This document shows, piece after piece, positions 23,237 through 34,084 of a stretch of DNA of 39,136 nt. The DNA is from Octopus sinensis (lineage: Eukaryota). The notes below the pieces were generated by a model. It was not told the origin of the DNA. It searched no databases and worked only from the letters and a program-made list of their open reading frames with translations. Every line of letters begins with the position of its first letter. Positions within the stretch are counted from its first letter, which is position 1. Where the stretch lies: positions 1-39,136 of the forward strand of contig NW_021835681.1 of assembly GCF_006345805.1 (NCBI RefSeq). Direction: 5' to 3'. Made by a program: the position numbers and the translations under genes.

Positions 23237-23645
23237 ACCTGAAACGTGATTATTTGTGGAATATAAATTAAGGATTTTCATTCTCTTCCCCAAGACGCTA
23301 AATTCAGCTATACTTTGCTCCAGACGGGCCGTTATGTATCTTGTTGCTCAAGTCATAATAGGTATGAAGCTAGAAGTGTATCTTGGGTACTGGTTTTGCA
23401 ATTTCCTTATCAATGGTCCATAGATGTCCTCTTTCTCTTGTATTCTTCCAAACCACAACCGGACCCATGAGGTAGCTGATTTCCACAACAGAGCATATCT
23501 ATTCTTTGTGGTCCCACACAACGATATCTGACCGGTTGTATTTAAAGTGGTGGCGGTTTTAAATTTCAAGTTTCAGCACGTTGTCTAATATGAATCCATG
23601 TTCCTCATACTACATATATCTATAAAAAAAAAAAAAAAAGTTGAT

Positions 23646-23717
23646 GGGCTCGTCCGGGATTCGAACCCAGGACCTCTCGCACCCTAAGCGAGAATCATAC
23701 CCCTAGACCAACGAGCC
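23646..23717 (-). tRNA. tRNA-Pro-AGG: tRNA-Pro(AGG)
   Basis: Anticodon AGG, D-loop AGGGGTA, T50:G64 wobble in the T stem. Confidence 0.9.
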
Positions 23718-24111
23718 GACTTCGGAAGAGTTGCTAATGAATCGACTGAAAAACATAATTCACTAACGTTAACTTCTCTAGGTAAAGCCATGGCTGTGTG
23801 ATTAGAAGTTGTCTACGCAATCTTACGATTTCGGTCTTACTATACAGCATCTTGCTCAAGTGTCTTGTACTTTGTCATGAACTGACCAATGGCTTGTGGC
23901 GAAAACTGGTAGACAGAAACACTAAATAAATTGTCTATACTCACCTACACAAGCTCACACGTACCTTTGACCACGACATCCGTATTTGTTAAGTAAAGTA
24001 ATGGTTTTTTTTTTAAATAACATCTGCAAAATACAACTACCTGTAGGCTATTTATTAACACATATTTCTCATATATATTTCATTAAATCATATTTAAAAA
24101 GAAAAAGATAA

Positions 24112-24139
24112 CGGTTCGTCTAGGATTCGTACCCATGAC
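24112..24139 (-). pseudogene. 3' remnant of a tRNA-Pro pseudogene at the array edge
   Basis: CGGTTCGTCTAGGATTCGTACCCATGAC, preceded by a spacer homologous to the one before the pseudogene slot. Confidence 0.55.
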
Positions 24140-24383
24140 TACTACATGATAATTTTTTAGAAGCTGAAATTACCCTGCCAAAACCCCGCTGCGGTCGCAA
24201 TCGGCGCTGACAAGGCCCATGGTTATTTCGCGGAAATTATAAAACCCATTAATCATTCTATTTCAGTTGTCAATGCTAAAGAGATTTTTTTCTTAGTGTT
24301 TAAATCATAAAACTACTTTTGAGTACAAGATAAAACAGACATCCATACATACTTTACTTTTTCTTTCTTTCACAATTAATAAT

Positions 24384-24907
24384 AACAAGAGCACTCAGAA
24401 AGTGCAAACCTCTGCCAAGGCAACATCAACGTCATCTCAACGATTAGCCAGAGATGATTTTTAAAATGAGAATATCTCAAATAAACTCGACTGCTCTCAC
24501 AAACGAGAATACTAAAAATGAACCCGACAGCTCTCAAAAATTAAGTGAAAGTAAAAACAGGAAAAATAATCCAGAATCCTCGTCATACGAGGTGTGAGAG
24601 GGGAACCGCTCGCACCAGGGATATTAACTGTTATTTTGCTAGAATCTATATTAAACACTAACGTATTATAATAAGTTTAATTTCCTCTTATAGTTACAAG
24701 GTATGATATCAGGTGCAATGTTATAGGGAAAAATAATCTGAAACAGGATCCTTGTACCGGATCGATCTCAAAATCTGGTCGGTTTGTGCCAAACATCATT
24801 GAAAGTTTCATCCAAATCCATCCAGCGGTTCTTGAAATATCTTGTCCACGGACAAACAAACAAATACGACTGAAAACAATACCTCCGCTTTTGGTAAGGG
24901 GGAGGTA
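24384..24907 (+). mobile_element. Probable non-autonomous Helentron/HINE-like element containing tRNA-array spacer sequence
   Basis: 5' AACAAGAGCACTCAG with subterminal ACCTCTGCC. (CAAA)n near the 3' end. Terminal hairpin TACCTCC...GGAGGTA. No TSD seen; inserted in an A-rich site. Class assignment is inferred. Confidence 0.5.
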
Positions 24908-25312
24908 ATAAATACAGTGTACTGTCTGTGACCATATCGTAAATTTCATAAATTTATACTGGTTCTTTATTTATCATTTCGAGAAGATGATCACGGCGGG
25001 AACGGCAAGAATAGATACAGCGCGTTTGTTTGTCGCTCGAACGCCTGAACTCTAGCACCGCTTTTGTCTCAGTGGAACCTGAGAAATACTAACATGGGTC
25101 CTTCAGAGGATTATAAGACATTTAAAAAAAACCATCATTCAAATCAAAGCTATACGTTTTTTTTTTTTCTAAATGTTTAAGCCATAAAATTATTTTTGAA
25201 TACAAGATAAAAAGCATCCGTATTTTCCTCTTTCACGGTTAATAATAATACAATGTCCAGTATGTGTCCAGTTTCTGAAAATCATAAATCTGCGGTGGTA
25301 CTATGACCTCAA

Positions 25313-25727
25313 AGCGGTGAACTGGCAGAATTGTAAGCACGCCGAGCAAAATGCTTAGCAGTATTTCGTCTGCCGCTACGTTCTGAGTTCAAATTCCGCC
25401 GAGGTTGACTTTGCCTTTCATCCTTTCGGGGTCGATAAATTAAGTACCAGTTACGCACTGGGGTCGATATAATCGACTTAATCCCTTTGTCTGTCCTTGT
25501 TTGTCCTCTCTGTGTTTAGCTCCTTGAGGGTAGTAAAGAAATAGGTATTTCGTCTGCCGTTACGTTCTGAGTTCAAATTCCGCCGAGGTCGACTTTGCCT
25601 TTCATCCTTTCAGGGTCGATAAATTAAGTACCAGTTACGCACTGGGGTCAATATAATCGACTTTATACATTTGTCTGTCCTTCTTTGTCCTCTCTGTGTT
25701 TATCCCCTTGTGGGTAGTAAAGATATA
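25313..25727 (+). mobile_element. SINE family A dimer flanked by a perfect 16-bp TSD
   Basis: GGTACTATGACCTCAA at 25297-25312 and 25728-25743. Internal junction AAAGAAATAG|GTATTTCG at 25544/25545. Confidence 0.95.
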
Positions 25728-26271
25728 GGTACTATGACCTCAAGAATGTGAGACGCAAATTTTACCACGGCAGGAATTAAACACGGAACACTAAGCAAAC
25801 TGCACGGCAGTTTATTCAATGCCCTAGCGAGTGTGCCAAACGTCGCTTTCGTCTCTGTTGAAGGCGGCAAAATCTAACATAGTTACTTCAGAGGATTATA
25901 AGACACTTAAAAGCCATGATATTAAGTCGAAGCTATTCAAAGCTATGCGGTCCTTTTCTAACCGTTTAAGCAATAAAACTGTTTTTCAGTGCAAGATAAA
26001 ACAGACATTCCTAAACACTTTTTCCCACGTTCCACGGCTAATAATAATGAATATAAGCGTCTCGACTGTAAATTGGTCGTAAATCTCGAAACTCTGCAAA
26101 GAACGAAAGGTGTTCTCCGATGTTATTGATTTCCTAAATTGGTAAACAAAACAATAAACTCGCAAAGTATGATGGCGTAGACTAGTGACTCTCTCTCTCC
26201 CCTCCTTCTCCCTTTCTCATTCTCTTTCTCTCGACAGCGGGCATCAACTGTGTTCATAACGTGTGAATGTA

Positions 26272-26321
<50 letters not shown>

Positions 26322-26368
26322 TAGTGATAATAATAATAATGATAATAATAATAATGATAATAATAATG

Positions 26369-26408
<40 letters not shown>

Positions 26409-26512
26409 CAACAACAACAACAATAATAATAATAATAATAATAATGATAATAATAATAATAATGATAGTGATAATAATAATAATGATAATAATAATAATG
26501 ATAATAATAATG

Positions 26513-26546
<34 letters not shown>

Positions 26547-26593
26547 TAGTGATAATAATAATAATGATAATAATAATAATGATAATAATAATG

Positions 26594-26630
<37 letters not shown>

Positions 26631-26677
26631 TAGTGATAATAATAATAATGATAATAATAATAATGATAATAATAATG

Positions 26678-26714
<37 letters not shown>

Positions 26715-26721
26715 CAACAAC

Positions 26722-26762
<41 letters not shown>

Positions 26763-26968
26763 TAGTGATAATAATAATAATGATAATAAATAATGATAAT
26801 ATAATGATAATAATAATAATAATAATAATACAATAATAATAATAACAACAACAACAACAATAATAATAATAATAATAATAATAATATAATAATAATAATA
26901 ATAATATAATAATAATAATGATAGTGATAATAATAATAATGATAATAATAATAATGATAATAATAATG

Positions 26969-27008
<40 letters not shown>

Positions 27009-27142
27009 TGTGATAATAATAATAATGATAATAATAATAATGATAATAATAATGATATAATAATAATATAATAATAATAATATAATAATAATAATAAATA
27101 ATAATGATAATAATAATGATAATAATAATGATAATAATAATG

Positions 27143-27182
<40 letters not shown>

Positions 27183-27389
27183 TAGTGATAAAATAATAAT
27201 GATATAATAATAATGATAATAATAATGATAATAATAATAATATAATAATAATAATAATAATAATATAATAATAAAATAATAATAATAATGATAATAATAA
27301 TAATAATAATAATAATGAATAATAATAATAATGATAATAATGATAGTGAAATAATAATAATGATAATAATAATAATGATAATAATAATG

Positions 27390-27420
<31 letters not shown>

Positions 27421-27535
27421 CAACAACAACAATAATAATAATAATAATAATAATAAATAATAATAATAATAATATAATAATAATGATAGTGATAATAATA
27501 ATAATGATAATAATAATAATGATAATAATATAATG

Positions 27536-27575
<40 letters not shown>

Positions 27576-27682
27576 TAGTGATAATAATAATAATGATAAT
27601 AATAATAATGATAATAATAATGATATAATAATAATAATAATAATAAATAATAATAATAATAATAATAATGATAATAATAATG

Positions 27683-27716
<34 letters not shown>

Positions 27717-27839
27717 TAGTGATAATAATAATAATTATAATAATAATAATGATAATAATAATGATAATAAATAATAATATAATAATAATAATGATAGTGA
27801 TAATAATAATAATGATAATAAATAATGATAATAATAATG

Positions 27840-27882
<43 letters not shown>

Positions 27883-27929
27883 TAGTGATAATAATAATAA
27901 TGATAATAATAATAATGATAATAATAATG

Positions 27930-27972
<43 letters not shown>

Positions 27973-28017
27973 TAGTGATAATAATAATAATGATAATAAT
28001 AACAACACAACAACAAC

Positions 28018-28051
<34 letters not shown>

Positions 28052-28113
28052 TAATAATAATATATAATAATGATAATAATAATAATGATCATAATAATAA
28101 TGATAATAATATG

Positions 28114-28163
<50 letters not shown>

Positions 28164-28498
28164 GATAGTGATAATAATAATAATGATAATAATAATAATG
28201 ATAATAATATGATAAATAATAATAATAATAATAATAATAATGATAGTGATAATAATAATAATGATAATAATAATAATGATAATAATAATGATATAATAAT
28301 AATAATAATAATAATATAATAATAACAAAAAACAACAACAACAATAATAATAATATAATAATAATAATATAATAATAATAATATAATGATAGTGATAATA
28401 ATAATAATGATAATAATAATAATGATAATAATAATTGATAATAATAATAAATAATAATAATAATAATAATAATAACAACAACAACAACAATAATAATA

Positions 28499-28546
<48 letters not shown>

Positions 28547-28588
28547 TAGTGATAATATAATAATGATAATAATAATAATGATAATAAT

Positions 28589-28633
<45 letters not shown>

Positions 28634-28643
28634 CAACAACAAC

Positions 28644-28684
<41 letters not shown>

Positions 28685-28692
28685 TAATAATA
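26272..28692. repeat. 2.4-kb (AAT)n-based satellite with higher-order structure
   Basis: Recurrent GATAGTGAT(AAT)4GAT(AAT)4GAT(AAT)3GAT cassette and periodic (CAA)n blocks. Confidence 0.97.
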
Positions 28693-28758
28693 AGGGTTTA
28701 TCATAGCAGCTCAAGATCAATGTCAATGCCTACGCATTGTAAACCACACTATAATTTG

Positions 28759-29047
28759 TGGAGGCACATGGCCTAGTGGTTAAAGCAGCGGACTCGCGGG
28801 TTCGAATCTCAGACCGGGGGATGTGTGGTGTTTATGAGCGAAATACCTAAGCTCCACGCAGCTCCGGCAGAAAGTAATGGCGAAACTTCTGCTGATTCTT
28901 TCGCCCCAACTTTCTCTCACTCTTTCCTCCTGCATCTTGCAGCTCACCTGCGACGGACCGACGTCCCGTCCAGGTGGGGAATCTATATGCCAAGAAACCG
29001 GGAAACCGGCCTTTATGAGCCAGGCATAGCTCGAGAAGGAACAAACA
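28759..29047 (+). mobile_element. tRNA-derived SINE, family C, with 13-bp TSD
   Basis: A-box TGGCCTAGTGG and B-box GGGTTCGAATCT. ACACTATAATTTG at 28746-28758 and 29048-29060. Confidence 0.9.
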
Positions 29048-29563
29048 ACACTATAATTTGCGAAAGAATTTATCAGCGCACAGGGTATGCATCGCCCCGC
29101 CGATGCATTTTTTTTTATCATTTCGAATATGTTCTAGCAATGATATTCCTAGCATGAATCTTACTGTGGCCCTTTGCGTCGTATCCAATTGTTGTTCTTC
29201 CCCCTTCGTAGTAGCCCAAGTCTCACTTGCGTATAGGAAATAGGTGAGAAGAAATCGGAACCGTTAATCTGAAGTACGTAAAAATAGTATACAAGCTATT
29301 TGCTGATTTGAAATTGCATCGCACAATTTGAATAAAATCAAATTATGTAATAGAAGCAGGTCTATAATAGAAGCATGAAATATTGTATAAATAGGTTTAT
29401 AATAGAAGCAGGACATTAGTAATACCACATACTTAACATACATGTGTTCTAGAAATCAATGTGCGGCATTGATGAGCTGTAATTACAACGAAGTACTGTA
29501 TCTGTCACTCTCGTCTTTATTTTTGGGGAGATTTCGATTCGCTTGCTTCTGAAGTGGATTTAG

Positions 29564-29787
29564 GGCGATTTCCCGGACTATGTGGTCTATGTTCTATAGA
29601 CCACAGCAAATTCTGGAACAAATTGGAAACGAAATACAAAGAATTAGTCAAAACAGATCCGTGCAATGTGGCGTTTGTCGTTACTACAGCTACATCTAGA
29701 GGCAATCTCGTTAATGGATTCCCGAAAGCTTTACAAAGAACAAAGCTTAGAATTAAGTGGATTTTAAAAAAGAAACCATGCTTATAA
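29564..29787 (+). CDS. Candidate terminal coding exon, product uncertain
   Basis: Non-repetitive open frame (open from 29476) ending in TAA. Possible acceptors at 29530, 29554 and 29563 are all phase 1. Reads GRFPGLCGLCSIDHSKFWNKLETKYKELVKTDPCNVAFVV...LRIKWILKKKPCL. Confidence 0.3.
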
Positions 29788-30079
29788 TATGATATTACCT
29801 GCTTACATCTTCTATAAGTACACGAACAGACAGACACGCACACACACATACACACACACACATGTACACATACTCACACGCACACACACTCGCACAGACA
29901 TACACACACACATACTCACATACACATTCACTCACATACACATTCACTCACGCATTTACAAATGCACACACACACACATTCACACACTCTCTCACACACA
30001 CATGCATATACACTTACTTAGCTATTGTGGCAAAATGAAAGTACAATATTTGATTACAGGCCAAGCCAAAACTTTAAAT

Positions 30080-30480
30080 GAGAAACTAGAAACGTTGTAT
30101 ATCGTGTGAGACATACGTGTATTGAAGGCCAATACAGAAAAACAATCACAATTTATATAACAAAATAACTTTTACCATAGACGAAAGACTAGGCCAATTA
30201 AACAATTATAACAATAAAGGCTAGCGTTATTTGTCAGCTTCTTTACCACAGATAAATATTGTGGATTAACAGACGATAGCAAAGTTTAAAAATATATATC
30301 TTTTCAGCACAGTAAAATGATCCGACAGTAAGACAAATCACAGAGGCAATGCACATACATAATCGGACGCTTAACAGAAAATGAGAAAGGGGTGACTACA
30401 ATAATTATCACACCTCATCCGAAATATAAACATTACCAACAACCATATAACACATACACGCTTATCCCTCGTCAGTGAGA
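30080..30480. mobile_element. Possible very old Penelope-like remnant
   Basis: Plus strand gives RNVVYRVRHTCIEG...YI (GIY-YIG-like start) with stops and frameshifts. Minus strand has CTGACGAGGG at about 30465-30474 with no GAAA core. Confidence 0.25.
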
Positions 30481-30492
30481 TTTACCGCAAAT

Positions 30493-30550
<58 letters not shown>

Positions 30551-30775
30551 ATTACACAAACACACGCACACACATTCACACACGCACACACACACACATA
30601 TATATGCATAAATATACATACATTCACACTTATACATGAGGCCAATCATTTACCCATCTCACCATGTACGTTTTCGATCAAATATTTTCGCATGAAATAC
30701 AATTATCGGTGTGACTAAAATAAATGCAAGCATACATACATAATACATACAATATATATTATATTATATTATATA

Positions 30776-30809
<34 letters not shown>

Positions 30810-31106
30810 ATATATTAAATGTATGTATGTATGTATTATGTATGTTATATATATATATATATATTATATAATATAAAAGATAAAATTATTATTATAAAAT
30901 AATAATAATAATATCTGTGGCTAGCATCGATTAAAACCGTAGCGGTAAAAATTAATCTAAATCTATAATTATATACACAGGAAATGAGCAAAAATAGATT
31001 AGTGCACCTTTTTCCAAGTAACTTTCAGTATAATTATATATTTTTTATATATAATTATAAATCTATATTAAATTTTACCTCAACTGTTTTTAATTGCATA
31101 CTGGCC

Positions 31107-31130
31107 ACTATATTATTATTATTATTATTG

Positions 31131-31189
<59 letters not shown>

Positions 31190-31250
31190 GTTGTTGTTGT
31201 TGTTATCATTATTGTTGTTATTATTATTATTATTTTTATTATTATTATTA

Positions 31251-31299
<49 letters not shown>

Positions 31300-31322
31300 C
31301 ATTATTATTATTATTATTAATT

Positions 31323-31372
<50 letters not shown>

Positions 31373-31375
31373 TAA
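31107..31375. repeat. (ATT)n microsatellite with GTT interruptions
   Basis: Direct inspection. Confidence 0.95.
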
Positions 31376-31436
31376 ATAATAATTTTATCTTTTACATTTA
31401 TATATATATTTGTACGTATATTATATATATTTTTCT

Positions 31437-31503
<67 letters not shown>

Positions 31504-32011
31504 TTATATGGGTATATGTACGTGGACGTTCCTATGTCTGTATACAAACATATATATAAACGTAAATGCATATATAAATATATACACACACACACACACA
31601 CACACATACAATTACACTTATAGATAACATATATATGTGTGTGTGTGTCTGACTCTGTGTGTGTGTGTGTAATGGTGTATGAGCAACGTAAGGTTTTTTT
31701 TATTGAAAAATCACGGTGGTTGGTCAGGCACTGTGAGAAAATGTACTTTTAATTCTATCAATAAATCTGTGTACACCTTTGTGTGGGCTAGCACGTATAT
31801 GTGTGTGTATGTGAGTGTTCATGTGTATCTGTGTGGGAGTGTGTTTGCGTGCATTTCTGTGTGTCTGTGTGTCGGGGGGTTGTTTGTAGGGAAGATAAAC
31901 TGGCAATATCAACAAAATTTGCAGGAAATCAGATGACAATAAAACCTATTCGAGCCACACGTCATGGACAGAAAATACAATCAATAAAGGGGGAAAAAAA
32001 CACGTATCAGA

Positions 32012-32057
<46 letters not shown>

Positions 32058-32119
32058 AAGAAAGAAGAGTGAGAGAACGTGTGTGTGCATGTGACTATCT
32101 ATCTATCTATCTATCTATC

Positions 32120-32157
<38 letters not shown>

Positions 32158-32170
32158 ATATATATATATA

Positions 32171-32222
<52 letters not shown>

Positions 32223-32254
32223 ATTAGATATAGATAGATATAAATAGATAGATA

Positions 32255-32327
<73 letters not shown>

Positions 32328-32328
32328 G

Positions 32329-32544
32329 TTTCTTTATTACCCACAAGGGGCTAAACATAGAGGGGACAAACAAGGACAGACAAACGAATTCAGTCGAACC
32401 CAGTGCGTAACTGGTACTTAATTTATCAACCTTGAAAGGATGAAAGGCAAAGTCGACCTCGGGGGAATTTGAACCCAGAATGTAACGGCAGACGAAATAC
32501 GGCTACGCATTTCGTCCGGCGTGCTAACGTTTCTGCCAGCTCGC
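32329..32544 (-). mobile_element. Full-length SINE family A
   Basis: Same head, central block and tail as 14596-14828. Confidence 0.9.
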
Positions 32545-32575
32545 TATATATATATGTGTGCGTGTGTGTGTGTGT

Positions 32576-32875
32576 GGAGGTGCAATGGTTAGGACAGCGG
32601 ATTCGCAGTCGGAGGATCGTGGTTTCGATTCCCAGACCGGGCGTTGTGAGTGTTTATTGAGCGAAAACACCTAAAACCTCCACGAGGCTCCAGCAGGGGG
32701 TGGTGGCGACCCCTGGTGTACTCTTTCGCCCCAACTTTCTCTCACTCTTTCTTCCTGTTTCGTGGGAAACGCTGTGATGACCTGGCGTCCCGTCTAGCTA
32801 GGGGGAACACATATACCATAGAAACCGGGAAACCGGGCCCATGAGCCTGGCTAGGCTTGAAAAGGGCGCATAAAA
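32576..32875 (+). mobile_element. SINE family C, head-to-head with the preceding SINE
   Basis: Shares GAGCGAAA.ACCTAA, CTTTCGCCCCAACTTTCTCTCACTCTTTC and GAAACCGGGAAACCGG with the 28759 copy. A-box partly deleted. Confidence 0.85.
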
Positions 32876-32988
32876 GATATATATATGTATGTATGTATGT
32901 ATTTATGTACATGCATGTATACGCATATAAACTTAGATTGATTACTCTCTTTCTCATATATACGTGTGTGTGTGTATATGTGTATATA

Positions 32989-33032
<44 letters not shown>

Positions 33033-33080
33033 GAGAGACAGACAGACAGACAGACAGGCAGACAGACAGACAGAGAGGGG

Positions 33081-33114
<34 letters not shown>

Positions 33115-33137
33115 GATAGAGAGAGAGAGAGAGAGAG

Positions 33138-33216
<79 letters not shown>

Positions 33217-33460
33217 CACACAGACAGATACATAGATAGATAGATTTACATCTACATAGATATAATGAGATAAACAAATTAATCACTCTGTTGTCGTCAC
33301 CAACGAAATTAACAATATTATTGTTGAAGGCGCAAAATTGTTATGAATTTAGTTGATAACGAAAGAGAATAAACACGTCTTTTATTTGTTCCTTCGTCGT
33401 CCATTTGTACAAGTTTTGAGGCACACACACACACATACACACACATACACACACACACAT

Positions 33461-33863
33461 ACTCTTTTACTTGTTTCAGTCATGTGACTGTGGCCATGCT
33501 GGAGCACCGCTTTTAGTCGAGCAAATCGACCCAGGACTTATTCTTTGTAAGCCTAGTACTTATTCTATCGGTCACTTTTGCCGAACCGCTAAGTTACGGA
33601 GACGTAAACACACCAGTATCGGTTGCCAAGCGATGTTGGGGGGACAAACACAGACACACAAACATACACACAGCCATACATATATACATATGCATATATA
33701 CGACGGGCTTCTATCAGTTTCCATCTACCAAATCTACTCACAAGGCTTTGGTCGGCCCGGGGCTATAGTAGAAGACACTTGCCCAAGGTGCCATGCAGTG
33801 GGACTGAACCTGGAACCAAGTGGTTGGTAAGCAGACTTCTTACCACACAGCCACTCTTACGCC
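33461..33863 (-). mobile_element. Full-length SINE family B
   Basis: Reverse complement of 6928-7337 along its length. Confidence 0.9.
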
Positions 33864-34084
33864 TATATATATACATATATATACATATATATATATATAT
33901 AATATTATGTGTGTGTGTGTGTGTGTGGTGTGTGTGTATATATATATTTTATATTTATTTATTTATTTGTTTATTTATACACATACATACATAATCACAT
34001 GCATATATTATATATATATATTATATATATTATATATATATATAATATATAATATATATTATATATTATATATATACACACTTA

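Larger units (their letters stand above)
16290..23717 (-). repeat. Higher-order tandem array of tRNA-Pro genes, about 4 units of 1.8-1.9 kb
   Basis: CGG genes recur at 17159/18937/20832/22729, pseudogenes at 17582/19377/21267/23165, third-slot genes at 18055/19853/21739/23646. Spacer start GTAGCAGCGATATTCG recurs at 18391/20279/22171. Confidence 0.95.
24145..26055. repeat. Ancient tandem repeat of about 350 bp, three copies, interrupted by two TE insertions
   Basis: ATTATAA anchor at about 24236, 25110, 25895 and CAAGATAAAA at about 24325, 25203, 25992. Spacing becomes about 350 bp once the 524-bp and 431-bp insertions are removed. Confidence 0.7.

Noticed and set aside
18531-23569. Recurrent short ORFs (MTVLQHGH..., MILASGARGPG..., MKFKTATTLN...)
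   Set aside because: They recur only because the array unit repeats. One is the tRNA read as codons, and the others are broken by frameshifts between units.
16290-23717. CRISPR-like repeat/spacer appearance
   Set aside because: The repeats are 72-nt tRNAs, the spacers are themselves homologous and hundreds of bp long, the context is eukaryotic, and there are no cas genes.
26123-28726. 867-aa, 612-aa and poly-Asn ORFs
   Set aside because: They are frames of the (AAT)n satellite. Stop-free frames are expected from the repeat and there is no non-repetitive coding content.
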